Below are positions 1 through 7,230 of a stretch of DNA of 15,463 bases, in pieces. The position numbers were made by a program, and so were the translations under genes. The stretch is from contig JBHLLO010000074.1 in the NCBI GenBank assembly GCA_048885535.1, forward strand, positions 1-15,463. Direction: 5' to 3'. Under the pieces are notes generated by a model. That model was not told the origin of the DNA. It saw only the letters and a program-made list of their open reading frames with translations, and did not search any database. This DNA is from Candidatus Hermodarchaeota archaeon. GTDB taxonomy: Archaea > Asgardarchaeota > Lokiarchaeia > Sigyniarchaeales > SOKP01. The number at the start of each line of letters is the position of its first letter. The stretch's first letter is position 1.

Positions 1-2
1 TG

Positions 3-1214
3 GAACACATTGTAGTTTTATATAAAGAAACAGGTACTTGTATTTTCTTCAAATCTTATGGATCTGAACAGATTGATCCTGAGCTAATAGGAGGATTTCT
101 AACTGCTGTATCCTCATTTGGGAAAGAAATGGTTGCACAAGAAGCTTTAAATGAAATTTCATATGGAGACAAAATGTTACTTTTAGCTGATGGTCAATAT
201 ATAAGAGTAGCACTTGTATTATCTAAAAAAGCATCATTAATTCTAAGAAGAAATTTAAAGCTATATATTGACGCATTTGAAAAATTATACAAAGATATTC
301 TTCCAAGTTGGAGAGGCCAATTAGTACACTTTAGGAACGCTGATCAAATTGTAGATGATTATTTGAACACTTCAATAATTTTACCACATCAAATATCTTA
401 TGATTTTTCGAGTGTAAAGGAACTCAAAAATCCTAATTCAAGAGATGTATTAAAATTAGCACATTCTTGTTGCGAAGAAGCTGAGCGGCAATTCTTTTTT
501 ATAGCTACATTGTTAAAGGAGGCTTCTGAGAAAACCAATAAAGATACTGCCGAAATATTTATGGGAGTTAAAGAATTAAGGGATAAAAAAATGCTTATAC
601 CAATTGAAATCTCTAGCCTTGAAGCACAACCTGTTTCACAGCAAGAGATTAACCTAATTAATCAAAAAGTCTCACAATTGACTACTCTCTCCCCAGAAGA
701 AAGACAAAATTTAGTAACCAATTTAGCACAGATGGGTCCTGCTGAAAGAGAAGCTTATCTTTCCAGCATAACTGAAAAACACAAAATCGTTTCTGCCCCT
801 ATTAAATCGAAGGTTGGTACTCTTGAAATTGCAGATAAAAAATCGGCAAAAAATGGAGTAAAGGAATTATTCGATCGAGCTAATAAAGCAAAAAGCAAAA
901 AGAATTATCAAATGACTATAGAACTATATAGAGATGCCGCAATGATCGCTTCAAACTGGGAATTATCCAAAGAATTCATAAAACTAGAAGAACTTATTCG
1001 AAAAACTAGAATTATAGAATTAACATCAAAGAAAAAGGAATTAGAAAGCGAAGCTAAATTATCCATTAAAAAGAAAAACTATTTAGAAGCAGCCCAAAAA
1101 TACAAATATGCATCAAAAATAGCGTCAGAGATCTTCAAATTAGGAGTTACAAACATGACAAAAGAAGTTAAAAGATTGACCAATAAAGCAAATGAATATG
1201 AAAAGTTAAAATAA
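3..1214 (+). CDS. Longin-like domain protein with C-terminal duplicated MIT/TPR-like helical repeats (5'-truncated by window edge)
   Basis: The frame of the 129..1214 ORF is open back to position 3 (EHIVVLYKETGTCIFFKSYGSEQIDPELIGGFLTAVSSFGKEM...). The pattern hhhhxxxxG-xxhh...D-x-x-L-h-x-G-F-L-T-A-h-x-S-F-x-x-E, followed by beta strands and the helix LYIDAFEKLY...W-x-G, resembles Asgard longin-like domains. The C-terminus has two similar helical units, each containing KKNY. Confidence 0.65.
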   Translation, partial: EHIVVLYKETGTCIFFKSYGSEQIDPELIGGFLTAVSSFGKEMVAQEALNEISYGDKMLLLADGQYIRVALVLSKKASLILRRNLKLYIDAFEKLYKDILPSWRGQLVHFRNADQIVDDYLNTSIILPHQISYDFSSVKELKNPNSRDVLKLAHSCCEEAERQFFFIATLLKEASEKTNKDTAEIFMGVKELRDKKMLIPIEISSLEAQPVSQQEINLINQKVSQLTTLSPEERQNLVTNLAQMGPAEREAYLSSITEKHKIVSAPIKSKVGTLEIADKKSAKNGVKELFDRANKAKSKKNYQMTIELYRDAAMIASNWELSKEFIKLEELIRKTRIIELTSKKKELESEAKLSIKKKNYLEAAQKYKYASKIASEIFKLGVTNMTKEVKRLTNKANEYEKLK

Positions 1215-1241
1215 TATTTTTATTATTACTAATTTTCTTAC

Positions 1242-1268
1242 TTTTTTTAAATTATTAGATCAAAAAAA
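1242..1268. terminator. Putative bidirectional archaeal oligo-T terminator region between convergent genes
   Basis: T7 on the + strand at 1242-1248 follows the ORF1 stop. A7 at 1262-1268 is T7 on the - strand and follows the radA stop. The AT-rich background weakens the call. Confidence 0.4.
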
Positions 1269-1286
1269 TTGGATATTATTCTTTTT

Positions 1287-2546
1287 TTAATCTGTAATCC
1301 CGTTTTCAGTAATACTAAACACAGCTTCTCCTTCTGGAAGATGAGGAGCATCGACTATCTTAGCTATTCTTTGTTCTCCTTTTCCTTTCCTCAAATAAAC
1401 TCTAATGGTTGATCCGTGAGCTACTACATTACCACCTGCTGCTTGTATAGGATTTCCATAAAACACATCTGGTTTTGATTGCACTTGATTTGTAACTGCT
1501 ATTCCTAACTCTGGGTGAATATCAGCTAATCTCAATAGATCATGTAAATGAGAATTTAGGATTTGTTGGCGATTAGCTAAGGTACCTCTCCCAATATACT
1601 CGCTTCTAAAGTGACCTATTAATGAGTCTACTATTATTAATTTTATGTTTTTTTCCTTGATTAGGTTTGCTGCCTCTTTAATCAAAAGAATTTGATGATC
1701 TGAATTATAAGCTCTTCCAAAAATGATATTCTTTAATACTGTATTATGATCAAGATCAAGAGCTTCAGCCATTTGAATTATTCTCTCTGGTCTAAACGTA
1801 CCCTCTGTATCAATATATAATGCTTTACCTTCAAGACCTCCCTTTTCTCGTGGTAATTGGACATTCACACATAGCTGATGCATAATTTGAGTTTTACCTG
1901 TTCTAAATTCCCCAAAAAATTCTGATACACAAGCTGTTTCTATTCCACCACCTAATAGGTCATCGAGCTCTTGGCTTCCTGTTGATATCTTTGCTATGTT
2001 TTTTCTACGCTCCCAAACATCCTCAGCAGACTTAAAACCTATTCCAAGTTGTTCCATAGATGATTTAATCAATTTTGTTGTTGTTTTTTCACCTAAACCA
2101 GATTCCTCTTGAATAATACTAGGAGGTGTATATGCTATTGACTCAAGACTATTGAAACCCGCATTAATAAGCTTTTTTAATGTCGCCTCTCCCACCCCAG
2201 GGAGTTTTTTGACAGCATCAACGCAGGTTTGAGCATCCTTATTAAGTATATCGTCGTTAAAATCAGAATCGTCCTCTTGTTTATTTTCTATATCTTCAAC
2301 TTCTTCTTCAAATTCTGCATCATCTTCGTAATTATCTTCATCTATTTCTAATTCTTCATCTTCAATTTCTTCTATTTCTAATTCTTCATCTTCAATTAAG
2401 TCTTCTTCATCCTCATTTAATCGAGCAAACTTAAGATGCTCTTTGTGAATTTTTCCTTTAGTATGATTCCTTTTACATTCAGTACAATAATAAGCTTCTC
2501 CATTCTCTTTACTATCCGTGCTTTTAATTTCACTAGCTTTTGCCAT
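1287..2546 (-). CDS. radA: DNA repair and recombination protein RadA with N-terminal extension
   Basis: HhH motif KLPGVG, FxxA polymerisation motif GFKSA, Walker [23 protein letters not shown], Walker B LIIVDS, TNQV, and C-terminal [22 protein letters not shown] prefer the ATG at 2546 over the TTG at 2552 because a GTGAT SD-like motif overlaps or abuts the TTG. Confidence 0.97.
   Translation of the reverse strand: MAKASEIKSTDSKENGEAYYCTECKRNHTKGKIHKEHLKFARLNEDEEDLIEDEELEIEEIEDEELEIDEDNYEDDAEFEEEVEDIENKQEDDSDFNDDILNKDAQTCVDAVKKLPGVGEATLKKLINAGFNSLESIAYTPPSIIQEESGLGEKTTTKLIKSSMEQLGIGFKSAEDVWERRKNIAKISTGSQELDDLLGGGIETACVSEFFGEFRTGKTQIMHQLCVNVQLPREKGGLEGKALYIDTEGTFRPERIIQMAEALDLDHNTVLKNIIFGRAYNSDHQILLIKEAANLIKEKNIKLIIVDSLIGHFRSEYIGRGTLANRQQILNSHLHDLLRLADIHPELGIAVTNQVQSKPDVFYGNPIQAAGGNVVAHGSTIRVYLRKGKGEQRIAKIVDAPHLPEGEAVFSITENGITD
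2341..2397. repeat. Tandem direct repeat with 30-bp period (27 bp identical) inside the radA acidic tract
   Basis: tctatttctaattcttcatcttcaatt occurs at 2341-2367 and 2371-2397. It encodes [18 protein letters not shown] on the - strand. Confidence 0.9.
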
Positions 2547-2549
2547 AAA

Positions 2550-2559
2550 CAATCACATA
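2550..2559 (-). promoter_or_regulatory. Putative Shine-Dalgarno (TATGTGATTG) for radA
   Basis: The GTGAT core is complementary to the archaeal 16S 3' tail (AUCAC). The motif ends 3 nt before the ATG at 2546, and the same 10-mer precedes pgi. Confidence 0.55.
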
Positions 2560-2704
2560 GATTTTAAAAATTAGTGTAATTTAAATATTGAAATTATTTA
2601 TGGTATAAATACGAGGAAAAATATTTTAAATAAAATAGAGTTCTAATTTTTCAATTTTTAATTATTAAGTTATTAAAAAAATGAATAACCACAAGAAATT
2701 TTAG

Positions 2705-2714
2705 TATGTGATTG
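2705..2714 (+). promoter_or_regulatory. Putative Shine-Dalgarno (TATGTGATTG) for the pgi-like gene
   Basis: Same 10-mer as upstream of radA, ending 4 nt before the ATG at 2719. Confidence 0.55.
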
Positions 2715-2718
2715 AAAA

Positions 2719-3954
2719 ATGAATGAAGAAATTGAAATAGAGTATTATCCAAAACTTAAGGATAGCCATTTAGAAGAATCAATAAGATTAATCAATGAAA
2801 GAAAGGAAAAGTGGGATAACCCCTTTTTTTTCGACACAAAATCTTATATTGAATTAGATAAGATTAAAAAGGTAGTAGATCCACTTATATCTGAACCAAT
2901 TCATAATATAGTTGTATTAGGTACAGGGGGTTCAATTCAGACTTTTTTAGCATTAAAGCACCTCTCAAAGAAAAAAATTTTCCCAATTACAAGTTCTCGA
3001 GCAGTAGAATTGAAATCATGTTTAGAAAATACAAAGCCTGAAGATACAATAGTTATTCCAATATCGCGAGCTGGAGAAACTCTTGACATAAATTCCACTA
3101 TTGGTACTTTTGCAAAAAGAGGTTATCAGTTCTTAGGTCTTTCTTCAACAGGAACTATGAATCAAATTTTAACAAAATTAAAATGCCCGATTCTTGAAGT
3201 TCCAGATTTAACAGGAAGGTTTGCAGCCTCTATATCTAATGTTGCCATAGTTCCAGCTTATTTAGCAGACATAGACGTAAATCTTTTCATAAAAGGCTTA
3301 GAAACAACTTATAACAATATTTTAAATCGTGATACTAACTTTGTTCATAAATTCTCTGCCCTAATATATGCTTTATACAATAAAGGATATCGAGTATTAT
3401 TCTCTATGCCGTATTCTATCAATCTTGAGGGTTCAGTGGGTCTTTTTGTCCAAGAAATTTCAGAAAGCACCGGAAAGGATGGAAAAGGCTTAATGGGAAC
3501 TTATCAATCAGCACCTTTATGTCAACACTCTGTATTAGAATATCTTCTTGGCGGAATGAAAGGGATCGTTTTACCTATAATTTGGACAGTAAAAAATGAA
3601 TTAGTGGATATTTCTTTAAATTCCACTCTTCAATATATTGATAATCAAACAGCACAAACAATAATAAACTACCAAGCAGACGCAACATTTCAGGCGTTAC
3701 TCGAACAGACCGTACCAGGAGCTAAAATCTCATTAGAAACTCCAAACGCCTATAACATTGGAAAATTGATCGCATTCATTCAAAGTAGTGTATATTTTCT
3801 TTGTCTTCTATTAGATGTTAACTGGGCAAATAATCCAAAAGTAAATATAGGGAAAAAAATATGCAATAAAGCTTTATTGAATAAATTATCAAATCAAGAA
3901 AGAAAAAGCATCAGGAAATCTGTAGCAGATGTATCATTCACTGATTTTATCTGA
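2719..3954 (+). CDS. pgi: Glucose-6-phosphate isomerase family (double SIS) protein, divergent
   Basis: Motifs align in order with PGI: LGTGGS (GIGGS), SRAGETLD (SKSGxTxE), TGRFA (GGRFS), QEISESTGKDGKG (catalytic Glu, QLxxESxGK), QHS (catalytic His), NNPKVNIGKK (DQPGVExGK, catalytic Lys). Confidence 0.8.
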   Translation: MNEEIEIEYYPKLKDSHLEESIRLINERKEKWDNPFFFDTKSYIELDKIKKVVDPLISEPIHNIVVLGTGGSIQTFLALKHLSKKKIFPITSSRAVELKSCLENTKPEDTIVIPISRAGETLDINSTIGTFAKRGYQFLGLSSTGTMNQILTKLKCPILEVPDLTGRFAASISNVAIVPAYLADIDVNLFIKGLETTYNNILNRDTNFVHKFSALIYALYNKGYRVLFSMPYSINLEGSVGLFVQEISESTGKDGKGLMGTYQSAPLCQHSVLEYLLGGMKGIVLPIIWTVKNELVDISLNSTLQYIDNQTAQTIINYQADATFQALLEQTVPGAKISLETPNAYNIGKLIAFIQSSVYFLCLLLDVNWANNPKVNIGKKICNKALLNKLSNQERKSIRKSVADVSFTDFI

Positions 3955-3959
3955 AGTGG

Positions 3960-5393
3960 TTAAGACTGATTTATGAAAGCATTATACAATGCATTTATTG
4001 CTCTAATACAATTATTTCTATCAATAATTGCTGTAAAATTCAAATCTGATGAACCTTGAGCGATGGCTCTTATGTTAATTTGATTATCACCTAAAGTTGT
4101 AAAAACTTTACCTGCAATGCCAGGAGTATCTAATAACCCAGCCCCTATTACAGCAACTAAAGAAATATTATTATTTATTTTAACTTTGAACCATTTTTTA
4201 CCAAAAAATTCAGAGTTCTTTAGTAGCCTGTTAACTTTATCAGAATCTTTATAATTAATTCCAAAAGTTATATTATTTTCAGATGAACTTTGAGAAATAA
4301 AAACTATATTTATTTTATTATCGCCTAAAAGAGAAAATAATTTTGAAGCAGTTCCTGGTAGTGGGACCATTGTATCACTTTCTAACGTGACCATTGTTAG
4401 TTTCTCAATTGAAGTTATAGCTTTTACAACGTTGTTTTGTTTAATAATTTCTTTAGATAGAGTTGTATACTCTTCCGAATTGGGTTCCTCGAAGCATCTT
4501 ATTTCAGAAGGAATATTACCTTTTTCATTTACATCTAAAGATATAGGATGTAAGATTTCTGAGCCAAAAAAAGCTAATTCTTTAGCCTCAACGTAAGATA
4601 GGTTTTTTAATAGGGAAGTCTTTTTTGATATCTTTGGATCAGCATTTAAAAGACCTTTAACATCTTTCCAGTAAATAACCTTACAATTGTAGTTATTTCT
4701 CAATGAGTATGCTAGCACTGCAGCTGTGAGATCAGTACCTCCTCTGCCTAGAGTTGTAATCTTTTTATCATATGTAGATCCATAATATCCTGTTACACAA
4801 ATAATATCAAATTTTCCTTGCTCTAGAAGGGGGACTAATTTCTGTTGAATGAGCTTTTCGGTTTCATCCAGTAAAGGTAAAGCGTGCCCAAAATTATCAT
4901 CAGTTAGAATTATATCATCTGATGAGATATAGAAAGCATTAAATTTGTTATACTTTAAATACGCTGTTAGAATGAATGTACTTAGCCTCTCTCCGTAAGA
5001 ATAAATCAAATCTTGGATATCTAAACTAGGTCTTATTAACCGTATAACCTTACCTAATTGCGAAAGTTCTTCAATGTTATTTCGAATAAACTTTAAAGTA
5101 TCCTTATATTCAATTCTATCTTGAGGAATAATTTGATTTAATAAATTATAATGTAAATCATAGATTTCTATAATAAGTCTATTACATTCTTCGTCTTCCA
5201 AACATGATTTTTCATAAAATTCAATTAGCTTATTTGTAATTCCATTTATTGCAGAGCTAGTAACTATTAATATATCTTCATTTTTATAAGAGTTTAGAAT
5301 TTTGATTATTTGATTAAAAGATTCTTTATTTTTTATGCAAGAACCTCCAAATTTCATTACAGTTAATTCATTTCTTTTTACTAGATTGTCCAT
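3960..5393 (-). CDS. lysC: Aspartate kinase with two C-terminal ACT domains
   Basis: MKFGGS, SYGERLS, TTLGRGGTD, DVKG...ADP, EAKELAFFG..ILHP. ACT domains contain ISQSSSENNITF and IAQGSSDLNFT. Confidence 0.93.
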   Translation of the reverse strand: MDNLVKRNELTVMKFGGSCIKNKESFNQIIKILNSYKNEDILIVTSSAINGITNKLIEFYEKSCLEDEECNRLIIEIYDLHYNLLNQIIPQDRIEYKDTLKFIRNNIEELSQLGKVIRLIRPSLDIQDLIYSYGERLSTFILTAYLKYNKFNAFYISSDDIILTDDNFGHALPLLDETEKLIQQKLVPLLEQGKFDIICVTGYYGSTYDKKITTLGRGGTDLTAAVLAYSLRNNYNCKVIYWKDVKGLLNADPKISKKTSLLKNLSYVEAKELAFFGSEILHPISLDVNEKGNIPSEIRCFEEPNSEEYTTLSKEIIKQNNVVKAITSIEKLTMVTLESDTMVPLPGTASKLFSLLGDNKINIVFISQSSSENNITFGINYKDSDKVNRLLKNSEFFGKKWFKVKINNNISLVAVIGAGLLDTPGIAGKVFTTLGDNQINIRAIAQGSSDLNFTAIIDRNNCIRAINALYNAFINQS

Positions 5394-5494
5394 CTTAGGA
5401 TTTTTTGCAGGTTTTAATTATTATGTGATCATTAACGTATATTAATAGGTTTTTCGCAAAAAAAACTAAAATTGACACACACGTAGAAAATTGT

Positions 5495-5953
5495 TCAAAC
5501 TTGTTTTATCAATAAAGAAGATTCCTTTAATAGGTCCTCTTTAATTCTATTTTCCATGTTATAACCTTCTTTATAGATAAGCTTTTTTATACTCGCATTT
5601 ATAATCAGTTTCAAGCAGCTCATACAAGGAAACGTTGTAGTATATAATGTGGTATCTCCTTTTATTGAAGTTCCATGAATTGCTGCTTGAATTATGCAAT
5701 TTATTTCTGCATGCACACCACGGCATAATTCGGGTTTTTCTCCACTTTTTAAGTCTTTTCTTACACATGTTTCCGACGTGCAATGTTTAAAACCAGAAGG
5801 AGCACCATTATACCCCGTAGATAGAATATAGGAATCTTTAACTAAAACTGCTCCGACTTTTCGTCTTATACATGTGGATCTTAAGGAAACAATTTCTGCA
5901 ATCTTTATAAAATAACTATCTTTAGATATTCTTTTATTTTTAGGTTTTTCCAT
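5495..5953 (-). CDS. dCMP deaminase (ComEB/deoxycytidylate deaminase family)
   Basis: [18 protein letters not shown], and zinc/catalytic motifs HAE and PCMSC. Confidence 0.92.
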   Translation of the reverse strand: MEKPKNKRISKDSYFIKIAEIVSLRSTCIRRKVGAVLVKDSYILSTGYNGAPSGFKHCTSETCVRKDLKSGEKPELCRGVHAEINCIIQAAIHGTSIKGDTTLYTTTFPCMSCLKLIINASIKKLIYKEGYNMENRIKEDLLKESSLLIKQV

Positions 5954-6060
5954 TAAATCATGGAAATTACATTAAAAAATTAATATTTAATTATTAAATC
6001 TTAAACAATGTGCACAAAATGTAATAAATGGATTCCGACATTCATTTTGTTCATTAAACT

Positions 6061-7107
6061 CTACAATAAATAAATTATTATTAAATAAGCTACTCCAACT
6101 AAAATAAAAGACGAATAAAACACTAAAAGATTATTGTCAAACATAATTTTCCTTTTAATAAAGCCAAGATTAAGTGTAAATGAGAAAAATAAATGAGGAG
6201 TCAAAATTCCAAAAAGCAATACCGGTTGGAAGTATCGTATAAATGGTTTACTAAAGAATAAAAGTACAGCAAAAATGAACACAGAAAAGAATGTAATCTC
6301 AATAATTCCTGCTTTTTTAATTCTTAAAAAGATATATATTAGACTTAAAACTCCCACAATAATTAATCTAATGTATAATGGTAATACTTCCTCTCCTAAC
6401 TGGTTGAACCGAAATATGAGATAAACATAATTTTCTATGAAAAAGATTGGCATAATAAGAAAGACAAAAACTATTGGCACAGTGCAAATTAAAAACTTTT
6501 TCATCTCAGCCCAGTCTTTTTCTATTAAAAACTTAAGAAAGAAAAATCCAATTATTGGGAGAGTGTACATTTTTGCTACAACTGATAATGCTAGGAAAAT
6601 ATAAAAAAGATATCTACTCCATTTCTCATCTTTTGGATAAAAAATTAAAGCTAAAAATAAAAAAATAAAAAATAATGAGTCTGTTATATGGTAACCACAA
6701 TTTTCTAAGCTAAATATATTATTCAAGAAGAAAAAAGGATTAATTAAGAACAATCCATAGATATATTCCCGATTATGTAAATTAAACCCTTTTAATACGT
6801 AATAAAACAATAAAGCTGCAAATATTTCAAAAATAAAAGCCCAAAAGGCAAAAACTTCAACCATCCCAAATGAAAGTATTCTAAAAAGATCTAAGAAATA
6901 CATGGTAAGAGGAGGATAATAATAACTACCGTTAAAATTAATCGCAACATCCCCCCATCCCTTGGATGGATTTATTGCGTGAGTGTAATAGTAATAAAAA
7001 AGCATAAGTAATCTGATTATAATTCCAGCAAAAATTAAAATTATTCCTTTATGATCCAAGATTTTTTCTATAAAAGATTTATTCACTTGATTTTCTTCAT
7101 TTCTCAT
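6061..7107 (-). CDS. Polytopic membrane protein, probable GT-C fold glycosyltransferase (GT87/PIG-M-like)
   Basis: About 9-10 hydrophobic segments. Asp in the first loop (WGD), YPP motif, NP (LINPF), G-x-x-x-x-D (GYHITD), conserved-type Lys (AKMY), late RY. It lies at the end of a glycosylation cluster. ATG at 7107; an in-frame GTG at 7116 is the alternative start. Confidence 0.6.
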   Translation of the reverse strand: MRNEENQVNKSFIEKILDHKGIILIFAGIIIRLLMLFYYYYTHAINPSKGWGDVAINFNGSYYYPPLTMYFLDLFRILSFGMVEVFAFWAFIFEIFAALLFYYVLKGFNLHNREYIYGLFLINPFFFLNNIFSLENCGYHITDSLFFIFLFLALIFYPKDEKWSRYLFYIFLALSVVAKMYTLPIIGFFFLKFLIEKDWAEMKKFLICTVPIVFVFLIMPIFFIENYVYLIFRFNQLGEEVLPLYIRLIIVGVLSLIYIFLRIKKAGIIEITFFSVFIFAVLLFFSKPFIRYFQPVLLFGILTPHLFFSFTLNLGFIKRKIMFDNNLLVFYSSFILVGVAYLIIIYLL

Positions 7108-7230
7108 TTTTTTCACTAAGGATAGTATAAAAATCGATATTATTCATTAATCTAAAGATCTATTAATTTTAAGATTTAGTGAAAAACCCAATATAATGAA
7201 AATTGTTAAAAATCTAAGAGAGATTAATAT

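Noticed and set aside
1287-2546. Intein in RadA as the explanation for its extra length
   Set aside because: The ATPase core is contiguous around Walker A and elsewhere. The extra length is N-terminal and lacks intein splice motifs.
4387-4596. 69-aa + strand ORF
   Set aside because: Entirely antisense to aspartate kinase, with no recognisable motifs; a shadow ORF.
5394-5494. Lysine riboswitch or attenuator upstream of aspartate kinase (TTTTTTGC...GCAAAAAA inverted pair)
   Set aside because: The intergenic region is only about 100 nt and AT-rich, too short for a lysine riboswitch. The pairing is mostly homopolymer.
5571-5783. 70-aa - strand alternate-frame ORF
   Set aside because: Nested within the intact dCMP deaminase, with no slippery site or domain evidence.
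6007-6055. Possible eukaryote-like SECIS (the - strand reads AUGA-stem-AA...)
   Set aside because: The 3' side has UGCA rather than the required GA of the quartet, and the upstream gene has no in-frame UGA (it ends in UAG).
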